Both the position numbers and the translations under genes were made by a program. The notes beneath the pieces are model-generated. The model saw nothing but the letters and a program-made list of their open reading frames with translations. It was not told the DNA's origin and ran no database searches. A stretch of 64,000 bases of DNA from Eledone cirrhosa (taxonomy: Eukaryota): positions 3,968,001-4,032,000 of the forward strand of contig OZ024742.1 in assembly GCA_964016885.1 (NCBI GenBank), read 5' to 3'. Numbering within the stretch: position 1 is the first letter of the stretch; the number at the start of each line of letters is the position of its first letter. Of this stretch, positions 40,421 to 53,948 are shown one piece after another.

Positions 40421-41110
40421 CAATTATCCCAGATTGACTTGAATATAGAGTTACCCGATGTCTTACATTAAAATTACCCAGGTATAAGATTTAAGAAACC
40501 TGGTGCTGTACAATCTTTCATATATTTACCGCGTGTTCTGGCATTCTGTAGTTTAAGTTCTGCCAAGAATAACTCTACGTTTCCTATTTTCGCTGTTAAT
40601 GAAAGACTGTATTAGAGAATGGCGGTGGAGTGGCGGTATTGCTAGTGTTGGAAACGATGTGTTATCTGTTCCTGTTTTCTGTGTTCTCAACTAAACCTCC
40701 GTCACCTATCACAGGAATAAAAGTGTGCAGATAAAATGTTGAAAGTCAAAATGCCCACAGTCAAAATATGAAGAAGACAAATTGCCGCCATCCAAATTAT
40801 CGACATTAAATATGTAGACAGATTTTTTTTATAGTAAAAAATATAAAAATAATTTGTTTTAAAACTGAAGCAATTTATTAAATAGAAGTTGCTAAAAGTT
40901 TGTGTTAAGCAAAAAAATAAATAAATATATAAATAAAAATCATATAAAGAACTTGAGCAACATATTAAAGAGATAAATAGTGTACGGAAAATAACTGATT
41001 TTAAAATTAAAACCATTTATTATAAAGAAATTATCTGCCAATGGACCTATAGATGTCGCTATTGCTTTTTCTACTGATGCAAATATATATACAAATATAT
41101 ATACATATAT

Positions 41111-41591
41111 GACGGCTGCCCCCTCATTATCGAGTATGGCCATTGCACGATATACCATTATTAGTAATTATTAATTAATTCCCACGTGCAATGCCTGCGC
41201 GAAAAACATTTTTTTTAAGTGAGGAAAGATTCTGCACTGAGCCAATCCCCCTCTCTGGGCGGCAGTAGCTATAACCCGAAAAGAAGAAAAGATCAACATC
41301 ATCGGTAACTACTGAGTCGCCAGTTTTATGTCGGAGTTATCCCAGTTTCCCAAGTTGCCTTCTCCTAGAAGAATGCCCTGATAAAATCTAGGAGTCCTTC
41401 ACTCACAGTGGTTTAACCGCGTAATCCGGTATCCAGCCCGATTATTTCTATGTTCTCGCGCATATACATACATATGCATACACATACATACATGCAAACA
41501 TACATGCATGCATACACATGTACATACATATTTACACATTTTTGAATGGCCGTTGACTCTTATGAGTTCTTCCGCGTTTTGTCAGGTTTTG

Positions 41592-41592
<1 letters not shown>
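41111..41592 (-). mobile_element. Short interspersed element, RTE-5'UTR-like family (subfamily B)
   Basis: Homologous to 51702-52286; contains CTAGGAGAAGGCAAC and ends GGGGGCAGCCGTC(AT)n. Confidence 0.75.
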
Positions 41593-41644
<52 letters not shown>

Positions 41645-43255
41645 TATATATATATTTATGTATATATATATATATATATACATTATATATGTGTGTGTGT
41701 GTGTGTATCTGGGGGAGCATTCTTTATTTATTTACTGAATATAAACGTCTGTATAGAGCTAGTAAGCCACGGCAGACTAGGGGGAGTATCCAGTACTTCT
41801 GGCAGTTGAGAAACAAACAGCAAGACCGACAGAGATAAATGAATATAAAATAACAATGAACTGAAAATAAAAGTTTAAATAAGGCCAACGGTGGAGGGGA
41901 GGGGGGGGGGGATTAAAGTAGAATAAAAGGAAAGGAAGAAAGAAAAAGAAGAAATGGAAAACAAGAGAAACTGTAAAACAGCCAGAGGTTCTGTTGAATC
42001 TTTTCGTAACCTCCATGTCTTTGATTATAGTTCGTAGGTCTTATATATATTCTATATGTGTAGATGTCTGCATGAGGAAGGAAAGTGTGTGTGTGTGTGT
42101 GCATGGGCGTGAGTATGGGTGAGTCTGTGAGTGTATGTAAATAATTATGTGTGTGAGTATGTGTGTGAGTATGTGTGTGTGTGTGTGTGTGTGTGTGTAT
42201 GGGTGTGTGTCTGTGTATGAGAGAGAGAGTATGTGTTTGTGATTATTTAAACGTTTCACTAAACTCCAAAGGCAACTGCCCCAGAATTAACAACTGTTTG
42301 TCATTTGACCAATAAACGCCATGGAATGAAATTCTGGAACTATAATTAATTTCCGTTCCTTGTCTTTCTAATAATTCCATATCCGTTTACTGAACGAGTA
42401 AATTGCATCTCGGCATCATTGTTTCAATACAGACACGAAATGATTCGATTTTTCCTTTTGGTATTCTTTTATATATTGAAATGAAAAGGAAGATCTTTAT
42501 TGAGTAATTTCAGTGAATATTGATTCGATGATATTATTTTATTGGCTCAGGTGTTACTGAAGAGCAAATCACGACGTTTTGTAAATGTTACAATCTTGAT
42601 CTCATCCAAAGTTCCTGTACATCCATTTAGTTAAGGGTTAATGCTAAACGTTTCTTTTTTCTTCAATACTTCCTTACAAAAGACTAGAGGAAATACATTT
42701 CACAAGATATTCTATCGATCTAACAACATTAATCAATTTAAAACCAATTCCCAATATATTCCTTGCTACTTGGAAAAGAAACATGGTCGAATATATTTTA
42801 ATTTTCTTTACTATGACGTAGAATGCTAGAATCGGGAGAGCGCCGGATGATACGCGCTGTGTTATCTTTCAACCGTGACCCGTCTTGTGAGTCACCCATT
42901 CACCAGTGGAGAAAAGGAGATCCCTTAAAGCTATGGGCTGAATAGAAGGGATTATACCCTCATCCAAATATGTTATAACTCATTATCGTGAAACAAAAAT
43001 AGTGATGGTAAAATCGGAAGAGCATTGTGCAAGTCACCTTGTAGTATTTAGTTCAATCATTTTATATTCTGATATCAAATCCCATCGTGATTGATTTCAA
43101 TTTGATAAACAGAAACTGCACAGATCTTACTATATATGTGTCTAAGTACGTGTCTATATATGTGTGTATGTGTGTATGTAAGTGTGTATGTATGTGTGTA
43201 TGTTTGTGTTTATGTATGCATATATACATACACACATACATAAACACATGGTGGT

Positions 43256-43707
43256 GGTGGCTGCCAACTCGTTTTCGAGTACGGCCACTACTTTATATCC
43301 ATGTAGGAGAACCCCTACCGATGCGCTGAACGAGTGTGACTTTTTAGTCCAGCCAGCGACTTGAAAACTCTGGTACAAACACTACACTTAAGACAATCAT
43401 TGACATATAGTGCTGGGCCCATGGTACCATGTGACGACAAGTGCAGAGAGATCTCCAGATATAAAGCAATGCCTGTGCCGTGAAGCTTTTATAGTGAGCA
43501 AAGGCACTGCCCAAAGCCAGTCCCACTCTCTTAACCAAGATGATATTTACCAAAAAGAAGAACAAGTCAACATCATTGGATACCATCAGGGTTGCAGGTG
43601 TTATATCAGAGTTTTCCTTCTCCTAGAATTCTGCCTTGACAAAGGCTAAGGGGTCATCTCTCCCGGTGATTTTGGATGGCCATTGACTCTTAAGAGCTCC
43701 TTTGCCC
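43256..43707 (-). mobile_element. Short interspersed element, RTE-5'UTR-like family (subfamily A), 5'-truncated
   Basis: Highly similar reverse complement of ~53418-53870. Confidence 0.85.
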
Positions 43708-43951
43708 TTATTTCAATCTAATTCAACTGAGATGTTTCAAGACCTGAACACAGACACACACTTAAACCCATATACATAAACACATACATACACACATACA
43801 TGCACACATACATAAACACAAACATACAGACATACATACACACATGTAAGTGTTGATATATGTGTGTATGTATGTGTGTATGTATATGGGTTTAAGTGTG
43901 TGTCTGTGTTCAGGTCTTGAAACATCTCAGTTGAATTAAATTGAAATAAGG
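43706..43951. repeat. Inverted repeat, ~73-bp arms around a CA/TG microsatellite spacer
   Basis: CCTTATTTCAATCTAATTCAACTGAGATGTTTCAAGACCTGAACACAGAC... and its reverse complement ending at 43951 (1 mismatch). Confidence 0.9.
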
Positions 43952-44142
43952 ACGAGTCTTGACAAAATACTTACTTGTGTCAATATGATGGTCTAAATTC
44001 CATATAAGGTAGTGCCCTAGTACTGTCGCAGTCACGCAGTCACGTGACTGACACCATTAAAAATAAATATGAATAAAGTAAAAGTACAAGTATATATATA
44101 TACACACATTGTCGCAGTCTCAGTCACCACCTCTGTATATAG

Positions 44143-44220
<78 letters not shown>

Positions 44221-44563
44221 GGGGGAGTAATTGTAAATACCACTGAAAATATATTTAAGGATCTTTTCTTCTTTTTTTTTTTCCTTTCTTTGATTCTTCA
44301 AAGTGACATGATTAAAAAAATGAGAGTTTTATAATGTATATAAAGTATATAAAGTATACAATGTATATAAAGTATTACCGGTTTCGATGTATTAGTAAAA
44401 TACATCTTATCAAATATTGAGTATTACAATTAAAAAGAATTAATAAGAATAAGGAAATAAAAATTAAAGATTTAAAATTAAGTGTTGAGGCAAGGTTTTT
44501 CATCTTTCTTGTTGAGAAGAAGACTGGAAAAAAATAAATAAATGTAAGTATGCACACGTACAA

Positions 44564-44628
<65 letters not shown>

Positions 44629-44782
44629 CACATATATATACGTATACATAGGTACGGATGGGTTATATCGAACATTAATAATAATGTTCGATTCTTTTCT
44701 ATACATGTGTGTGTATGTGTATATAATATATATATATTAGCTAATAAACAATGTATTTCTAAGCACTCTTTGGTTATTCCTA

Positions 44783-44839
<57 letters not shown>

Positions 44840-45073
44840 AAATTAATATAATATATATATATAGTAAATTAATATATATATATAGTAAAATTATATATAT
44901 ACTTTTATATATATGCTAAGCGCACTTCTTAATATATATCTTAATTAACTACCAACACAAGTGCTAATTATATGCATATTAGTAGGTCCATTTCAGAACA
45001 CTAAGAGCAAATGGGTCTATAAGCCCATCAAATATACACTCCCTTGTTGGTGTGTGGATGATATACACGCCTC

Positions 45074-45110
45074 CTCATGAAGACCCAACTAGGTCCGAAA
45101 ATCGATTTAA
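45074..45110 (+). ncRNA. Decayed hammerhead ribozyme remnant
   Basis: CTCATGA-aGACC caacta GGTCc-GAAA-ATCGAT-TT; G5 mutated, palindromic stem III. Confidence 0.45.
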
Positions 45111-45349
45111 TGTTTTATTTTTTCAATTACAGGGAAATTCGTATTCTCTGTCTGCCATATTCAAATTTTCAAATTTTCAATGTAAACCCTTTATGTAACG
45201 AATGTAACTTGGTCTCATTCCATTGTTCACGTTTGGGATATCTTCATATTAGTAAATTAATCAAATGTGATGTCACTTGTATTTTCCGCTTAAATTAAGT
45301 TATCTATTAATCTATCGATATACTGGCTCAGATATTGAACTCATAACAA

Positions 45350-45402
<53 letters not shown>

Positions 45403-45825
45403 TAAAAGGGAAAACACAGGTAAGCATTAAGAGAAGGATTTTATCCAGGTATTTACGACCGTTTCATTGGTAAGTCTAACCTTATATTGCTATACTGCAG
45501 ATAGCAGCCACTCAATTATAATTGTTGTTCACAGTCCAAATTTTCAAAATAGTGAGTAAGTTACTCTTGCAATAATTCTTAATATATAGAGAAAAACATT
45601 TATTTGGAATTGTATTCATTAGTATATAGAGAGAGGAATCAGAAGGTGAGGGGACAAGCGGAATAGTATAGAGAGAGAGGAAGGAGGAAAATGTAGGAAG
45701 TAGAGTGACAAACTGAGATGGAGGGAGGGGTAGAGGTGGAAGGATTCCTTGGTCAGTTTTGATAGCAGACTTCATGTCGTGGAATGTAGTGAGTTAAAGA
45801 GAATTAAATTGATCATAGTGGGAGG

Positions 45826-45894
<69 letters not shown>

Positions 45895-46071
45895 TTATAT
45901 TATATTATATTATATTATATTATATATATACATGTATGTACATAAATACACACACGCATGCATATATATTTATATATTATATATTATATATACTTGCATG
46001 TACATAAATACACATACCCATGCATATATATATATATATTATATATTATACGCACACGCATACATACTATA

Positions 46072-46116
<45 letters not shown>

Positions 46117-47380
46117 ATGTGTGTGTATGAGTGTGTGGGTATGGGTGTAGTGAAGCCATACGTTGGTAGACAATATCATTTAAAATTATTAGGCATGTAT
46201 TGTTGAACAAATTATCTATAATTAAATTTGTATTTTGTTGTCATCTGTAAGGCATTAAATTATATCAATATATACAACTTACATCTATTCAAATAATTTC
46301 ATTATTTGTTTTTCTCTATATTCTATGGTAATATTAATTTGATTATAAAAGTGTTATGAAGATAATACTGTTTCTTTTCAAAACGTGTTTTCAATATTTT
46401 TATATAAGAATACAATACTTTATTAATTATATTGAAATACACGGTACACAAATGTTATACTCCATATGTTCGTACCACCGGAATGTTCTTGAAAAAGTTT
46501 TGCTACTGCATGCATGTTCCCGTAACTCCTGAGGGAGTCGAGGGAAGGTATAGGGGTATCGCATTGAAATAAGGCGTTTCTACGGCATTTACTTTTAAAA
46601 CCTGGCGGAACCCATCTTTTATCCAGGTTTAAATACAGCAGATTTCTTCAAGAGTAGGATAGAAAGAAGAAGAGAATGGAGGTGAAAAGAGATATAGAGC
46701 AAGAATCAACCCCAGTACTTAACAACTCCTTTTTTATCAACCTCGAATAGGTGAAATGTTTTCCTCCTTTCATCGCATCTTGTCGTTCTTCCGACAACCA
46801 GCCTTCATTTAGGTGTTCTCGACAAACGCTGACGTTTGCCTTCATGACAGCAACACTTTGAGAGGTTAAACTTACGTTAAAGTGTGTGTCATTGGCTTTA
46901 AGAGACTACCCCATTACAAGTACACCAGAGATTGAACACTCAACTGCTTCGGTTATTCATTTACTCCAATTGACTGAACAATAACAGCGTGAAATGAAGT
47001 GTCTTGTTCAAGGACACACCGTACCGCCCCGCCGAGAATCGAACAGATGATTTTATGAACATGAAAACAACTAAGACGAGGACCATCTCCCAACAGCCTA
47101 ACATAGAATTATTGGAATAAGGCAGACCTATAGCTATCAAATATAAAAACAATATCAACGTTTTATCTCAACACCGTTCCACACTAAATTTCTCCACTTT
47201 TTCCTATCGTTTGCTGTGTCTTTTGATGTTTAGTTCAAATGTTAAATATGTTAATATTTTCTTTTCCCTTGTTTTTTTTTCAGTTTCGCTAATTTATATA
47301 TCACTGCCCTTGCTTACCTCTCCAACTCTTATTACATATTAAACTGCCACCTAATACATGTCCATATACACAGCATATAA

Positions 47381-47741
47381 TTGTTTCTCCTTTTGGCACA
47401 AGGCCAGCAATTATCACAGTGTGTTACTGGTACTTTATTTTATCGACCCCGTAAGGATGAAAGGCAAAGTTAACCTTGGCTGGATTTGAACTCAGTCCGT
47501 AAAGGGACGTAACAGTACTGCAAAGCATGGCGCCCGACCCTCTACCGATACTGCCAATTCACCGCCCTAATTGTTTTTACTTTAGGCTCAAGGCCAGCAA
47601 TTACCAAGTGCATTACTGGTACGTTATTTTATAGACCCTGTAAGGATGAAAGGCAAAATCAACCTCGGCGGGATTTGAACTCAGATCGTAAAGGGACGTA
47701 ACTATGCTGGAAAGCATGGCGTCCGCTCTCTACCGATACTG
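47381..47741 (-). mobile_element. Tandem dimer of tRNA-derived SINE
   Basis: Minus strand: GGGCGGTGAATTGGCAGTATCGG (A box)...GAGTTCAAATCC (B box)...GCCTTTCATCCTTACGGGGTCGATAAAATAAAGTACCAGT...GCCTTGTGCCAAAAG, twice. Confidence 0.9.
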
Positions 47742-48152
47742 CATATAATGAAATACATGTCCATATGTACAGCATATAATGAAATACATGTCCATATATA
47801 CAGCATGTAATGAAATATATGTCCATGTATATAACTGGTAATGAAATACATGTCCATATATACAAGTTATAATGAAATACATGTCCATATATATACAAGT
47901 TATAATGAAATACATGTCTATATATACAAGTTATAATGAAATACATGTCCATATATACAAGTTATAATGAAATACATGTCCATATATACAAGTTATAATG
48001 AAATACATGTCCATACATACAAGTTATAATGAAATACATGTCCATATATACAAGTTATAATGAAATACATGTCATATATACAAGTTATAATGAAATACAT
48101 GCCATATATACAAGTTATAATGAAATACATGTCATATATACAAGTTATAATG
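47742..48152. repeat. 30-31-bp minisatellite AATGAAATACATGTCCATATATACAAGTTAT
   Basis: About 13 tandem copies; one more copy precedes the SINE dimer at ~47352-47380. Confidence 0.95.
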
Positions 48153-48419
48153 ACAATAAACAAAAATTGTTGTTAGACGAAAACAACAAATATAAATATT
48201 TTGAATATTTTCTGTTTTATTTTTCAGTTTAAATATCATGTGGTGAGAATTACGTTGATATGATATGGACCCGTAACTCCTGGCATTTCTTAGGGCATTT
48301 GGTTGTTAAACCTGGTTGCGCCCATTTCCTCTCTATGTCTGAATACAGTAGCTTTCTTCCAGAGCTGGATAGAAAGAGAGCGGGAGGTTGGAAGTGAGAA
48401 AGAGATATAGAGGAAGAAT

Positions 48420-48565
48420 TGACCCAGTACTATACTGGTACTTTTTATCAACCTTAAGAGGATGAAAGGCAAAGTTGGCTTCGGCGGGATTTAAACTGAG
48501 AGAGCAGAGAGCCGGAACCAATACTGTAAAGCACTCTATCCGATATTGTAACGACGGCGGCGATA
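48420..48565 (-). mobile_element. tRNA-derived SINE (same core)
   Basis: ACTGGTACTTTTTATCAACC...GGATGAAAGGCAAAGTTGGCTTCGGCGGGATTTAAACT; a related decayed copy lies at ~46705-46760. Confidence 0.75.
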
Positions 48566-49638
48566 GAATTACTTTAACGTGGTGAAAATTTAAAGCATGT
48601 AAATTAAAAAAAAAAAAAGGCAACACTGAAGAATGAAAATACAAGTTGATGTATTAACTTCACGCTATGAAAGTTAAAACTTCATAAAAGTCATTACCTG
48701 TCTGGAAAAATATTCTTCTTCTGAGAAAAGGAAAAAGAATGTCAGAAAAAAGTAGAGAGAGTTGTTACGATGACGTATTGATGCATTGCTGAAGAAGGTA
48801 GCCATTTTAGAAACTTAGACAAATAAAAAAAAAGTGGTTTTAATTTGGGAGGAGAGGTCAGGAGAGATAATCGGTGAATGAAAATGTGTCATATGGGTAT
48901 CGGCATTTTAGTGTGTGAGTTGGTGTGTAAACGAGCGATACGTGTGTGTTCTGGTAGGCTGTGTGTGTATGTGTCTGGATATAGTTACAAATACCGATAC
49001 AGACGTCCATATCTAACGCATGTTATTGTTTTACCTGGGATTTCGCGAGACATTCTTTTCCCTGGTGGTTCAGACAACCACCAAGACTCACCGAAACACA
49101 CAACACTGCACATTTTGCAGTTGAGCAACATACAGCCACATTTTAACTTGAAACTAGTCTCAACTTTCTGATTTGTTGCGACACGCACATAAATGCCAGG
49201 TTCCATATGTTTTCAACCAGCAAATATCTAGATGCCACATATTCTAAAGCATAAACAGGGAGCTCTCTGTTTAACTTCATCTTCATCTTCCTCCTGAGGA
49301 GGCCGAGGGGGACAGCGTCCTCAAATACTCCTTCTTGCGTGTTCTTTCAGAAGCAACCGTCTCGAATCGATGCAGGTAGATCCCCAAGGGAGACCAGCCG
49401 ACTTCATGGTCTAAATCTACCTTTGCAGTTCCTGCTGGTTGGTTTTGCCAGAGAAACAAAAGAATCAAGGCTCTATTATATTCACATACATCTATAGCCT
49501 GTCTTTCTCTTTCATGTTCATCTTTTCGCTCACACCACACATATCTATAGGAACAATTTTAAATGTCACCCATTGTTTGTTATTTTACTGCAATCATTCC
49601 TTGTAAACATGGTCATAATTGTGACTTATATACACTTA

Positions 49639-51104
49639 CTAGCAGTGGTACTTGGCGTTGCACGGGATAAGGTATTTTGGAACGCGGGCCGCCAACAGAC
49701 CTAATCGTGGAAAAACTGCATGCCTGAACAATATGTAAAGAAAATAAACCGAATACTCTGATGGCTGGATAATATTTAAGATTTTCCTCGATGAAGAAGG
49801 AAAAATGCAGGTTTTCACCTAATGCGGGCCTAGGGGATCAAGAAAATGAATTTTTTTTATGTGCATAATATGCCTTTAATTTTGGGGAAAATCGGCTAGA
49901 CGTAACGCCTCCAAAAAGCCCTAAGAAGCTGGGAAAATGAAGTTTTTCACCTAATGCGGGCCCTAGGCCATAAGAAAGTTGGATTTTCTTTGCTTACGGT
50001 ATGAAGAAGAGACTGACTAATGCATAGTTACAATTTCAAGAAAATCGGTCGAACATAACGCCTCAAAAAACCCCTAAACATCTTTAAAAACGCAGTTTTT
50101 CACCTAATGCGATAAAAAGGAGATAAAAAGTTGAATGTTTTTATGTGCATAACACTCCCTGAAACATAAGTAATACACATGTAAAGTTTGAAAAAATCGG
50201 TTGGATACTACACGAGTTTTAGGGATTCAAACTCACAGAGACATACACACACATACACACAGACAGACATCCTCAGGTAAGTGACGTAATGCAGACAGCC
50301 AGACATACAGCCAGATATTATAAGGGCGCGACGTTATATGTATGTATCTATCTAAAAAGAGAAAGACTAAGAATTATATAGCGAGATCGCTAAATCGCCT
50401 AATGCGGTCCCTAGGGCATTAAAAGTTTGAATTATTTTTGCTCAGAACACTCCCTGAAACATAAGTATTACATGTGTAAAGTTTGTAAACAGTCGGTTTG
50501 GTGCTTCTCTACAATACTTAGCGGTAAAATAGTAACTTGTTGTTCTCGTAAAGGCACATAAGTAAACAAACTGAAGCTATGACAGCGATGTTCTCCTTTA
50601 CCGGCTTTAATTTTTAGTGTTATATGAAATATATAACCTGCAAACCTGATTTTTGAATCGCAGCAGGATCGACTTTATTTCACTCGCTCGACGAAAAGTT
50701 GGATTTTCTTTGCTCACGGCATGAAGAAGAGACTGACTAATACATAGTTACTGGCTTTCATGTTTAGTGTTGTGTAAAATATATAACCGCCTTAGCTAAG
50801 CTTTGTATTACTGACGTAATGCAGACAGTCAGACATACAGACAGATAATATAACGGCGCGGAGTTATATGTATGTATTTATCTAAAAAGAGAAAGACTAA
50901 GAATTATAGAGCGAGATCGCTAAATCGCCTAATGCGGTCCCTAGGGCATTGAAAATTTGTAATTTCTTTTGCTCAAAACACTCCCTGAAACATAAGTATT
51001 ACATGTGTAAAGTTTGAAAACAGTCAGTTGCGTGGTTCTCGAGTTTTAGGGATTCCAACTCACACACACAGAGACAGACGTCTTCAGTTTTATATATATA
51101 TAGA
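49639..51104 (-). mobile_element. Non-autonomous Helitron with internal duplications
   Basis: Minus 5' end TCTATATATATATAAAACTGAAGACGTCTGTC; 3' end CCCGTGCAACGCCAAG..CTGCTAG|T. Internal ~530-bp-offset duplication (50283/50813). Confidence 0.8.
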
Positions 51105-51609
51105 CTAGCAGAAAACCACCCTATGGGCGGTTTTCTGCTAGCAAATCTAGTGTATATACTGATATTGTTGAGATTTGGATGAGAAATGTTTTCGGCACCA
51201 CATGTTCACCGTCTCTCGGTGTGTCTTTTATGCATGTATAAATATATATGTTATCTATACGGTAAAATCTTTGAAATAAATATATGTTAAAATGAAAAAG
51301 GAGAAAAAGAGATTAGTGACGGAAATATAAACGTTATGATACATAAACGTTATGATATAACGATGGAAATATATCTTCAAATGGTCCTTGGCATGGTGTC
51401 AAGTCAGAACCGCCTCGAACTGGTTACTTCTGGCTTGTGCAAGGTGTATCTATAGCAACCAGCGATTCCCTCGGCCTCAGTGACCAAAGTCAGTGGAGAG
51501 GGGAAGGTAATATTTCTATAGCGACAGTGTTTCTCTTGGTAGTACCAAAGTGGAGAAAGGAAGGGGAAGGTAATATTTCTGTAGCACCAACATTTGAGTT
51601 TTAGGGAAG

Positions 51610-51641
<32 letters not shown>

Positions 51642-51701
51642 AACAGAGAAATGCCCATATATTTCTGTGTGTGTATATATATATACATATATATATATAT
51701 A

Positions 51702-52286
51702 TTCCCAGTTTCCTGAGTTGCCTTCTCCTAGAAGAATGCCCTGACAAAGGCTAGGGGTCCTTCACTCCCAGTGGTTTAACCACGCGATCGGGTGTCCAGC
51801 CCGATTATTTCTATGTCCCCGCGCATGTACATACACATGCACCCATGTATATACACATATACATACATATGTACATGTGTATATACATATTTACACACTT
51901 TTGGATGGCCGTTGACTCTTATGAGATCTTCCGCCCTTTGTCAGGTTTTGTTTTTTGTCCTGCAGGGTGTCCAAAATCACCCTCCTCACCAAGTAAACTT
52001 GGTGGGGTTGCCGGTTTAGTCGCCGACGACCCGACCATGCGACAGGTTGTACTGGGATAACTCCGATATAAAACCTGCGGCTCAGTAGTTACCGATGATG
52101 TTGATATTTTCTTCTTTTCGGGTTATAGCTACTGTCGCTCAGAGAGTGGGATTGGCTCAGTGCACAGTCTTTCCTCATATAAAAAAATATCTTCATGCAC
52201 AGGCATTGCACGATAGAATTAATAAATAATTATTAATAATGGTATATCGTGCAATGGCCATACTCGATAACGAGGGGGCAGCCATC
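51702..52286. mobile_element. RTE-5'UTR-like short element (subfamily B) with inverted 5' half
   Basis: 51702-~52050 is in the same orientation as 41341-41592, whereas ~52051-52286 is the reverse complement of 41111-41346. Flanked by (TA)n. Confidence 0.8.
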
Positions 52287-52524
52287 ATATATATATATTA
52301 CACACACAGAAATGTATATATATTTCTGTGTGTATATATATATATTTCTCTGTGTGTATATATATATATATATTACACACACAGAAATGTATATATATTT
52401 CTTAGAACAAAATTATTATTAATGTTTTGCTGTTCATAACAATTGGAATTGAAACATTACTTTTGAAATTATTAGTTATTTTACTAATGCTTAGATATGT
52501 AAAAATGAAGCAATGTTTCTAATA

Positions 52525-52713
52525 ATTGTTTCTACTTTTGGCACAAGGCCAGCAATTACCCAGTACATTACGGGTACTTTATTTTATCGACCCCGTGAGG
52601 ATGAAAGGAAAGTTAACCTCGGCGGTATTTGAACTCAGACCGTAAAGGGACGTAACTCCATGCTATGAAGCATGGTGTCCGACTCTCTACAGATTCTGCC
52701 AATCCACCGCCCT
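52525..52713 (-). mobile_element. tRNA-derived SINE, full-length
   Basis: Same A/B boxes and core as 47381-47568. Confidence 0.9.
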
Positions 52714-53042
52714 AATGTCTGTACGTAATGAGGGAGTGAGAGGGGAGAGAAAGAAAGGCAGAGGTGAAGTGACGAAGTGACTCTCCTCCTCCTCCTCCAT
52801 CTCCCCATTCGTCACAGCGATAGAGGGGAGGAATGTTAGTGTGTTACAAAGAGAAAGAGTGAGAGTGAGAGAAACAGACAGACTAAAAGAGAGGAATAGC
52901 TGGAGAGAGAGAGAGATAGCAACAAATACAGTACAGTAGCTAAGGGATGTATATATATTTCTGTGTGTATATATATATACGTTTCTGTGTGTGTAATATA
53001 TATATATGTACACACAGAAATATATATACATTACCGTGTGTG

Positions 53043-53091
<49 letters not shown>

Positions 53092-53115
53092 AATATATAT
53101 ATATTTCTGTGTGTG

Positions 53116-53148
<33 letters not shown>

Positions 53149-53261
53149 TACACACACAGAAATGTATATATATTTCTGTGTGTGTATATATATATATATA
53201 TTACACACACATAAATGTATATATATTTATGTGTGTGTATATATGTATATATATATATATT

Positions 53262-53870
53262 GTGTCAGGTCACCAGTTGGTGCTACTGGTAACATGTATC
53301 CCAGTACAACCTGTCCCATGGTCGGGTCGTTGGCGACTAAACTGGCAACCCCACCAAGGTTTCTTGGTGAGGAGGGTGACTTTGGACATCCTGCAGGACT
53401 AAAAACAAAACCTGTCAAAGGGCAAAGGAACTCTTAAGAGTCAATGGCCATCCAAAATCACCGGGAGAGATGACCCCTTAGCCTTTGTCAAGGCAGAATT
53501 CTAGGAGAAGGAAAACTCTGATATAACACCTGCAACCCTGATGATATCCAATGATGTTGACTTGTTCTTCTTTTTGGTAAATATCATCTTGGTAATAGAG
53601 TGGGAATGGCTTTGTGCAGTGCCTTTGCTCACTATAAAAGCTTCACGGCACAGGCATTGCTTTATATCTGGAGATCTCTCTGCACTTGTCGTCACATGGT
53701 ACCATGGGCCCAGCACTGTGTGTCAATAATTGTCACAAGTGTAGTGTTTGTACCAAAGTTTTCAAGTCGCTGGCCGGACTGAAAAGTCACACTCGTTCAG
53801 CGCATCGGTAGGGGTTCTCCTACATGGATATAAAGTGGTGGCCGTGCTCGAAAACGAGTTGGCAGCCACC
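53262..53870 (+). mobile_element. Apparently full-length ~610-bp non-coding element with structured head (RTE-5'UTR-like family, subfamily A)
   Basis: Hairpin-rich 5' 130 nt, CTAGGAGAAGGAAAACTCTGA motif (recalled from RTE-clade 5'UTRs), ends GGCAGCCACC(AT)n. The head is also present at 51975-52059 (-) and ~61180-61292 (-). Confidence 0.75.
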
Positions 53871-53908
53871 ATATATATATTACACACACAGAAATGTATA
53901 TATATTTC

Positions 53909-53948
<40 letters not shown>

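Noticed and set aside
42641-42829. Old CR1/L2-type LINE C-terminus (FFF...TRGN..K)
   Set aside because: The similarity is too short and weak to call.
45450-45520. HHR on the minus strand (GAAA-CGGUCG-UA); similarly GAAA-CAAUUG-UU at ~17348-17361
   Set aside because: Only the 3' half is recognisable; no CUGANGA or stem I found.
49270-49540. GC-richer patch that might be a host exon
   Set aside because: No recognisable protein motif in any frame and no convincing splice-site pair.
53295-53350. HDV-like or twister fold at the head of the 53262 element
   Set aside because: A possible P2 (CCAGT/ACTGG) and CUAA exist but no P1 partner was found. The twister-like UCCC/GAGGG pairing is not conserved in the other copies.
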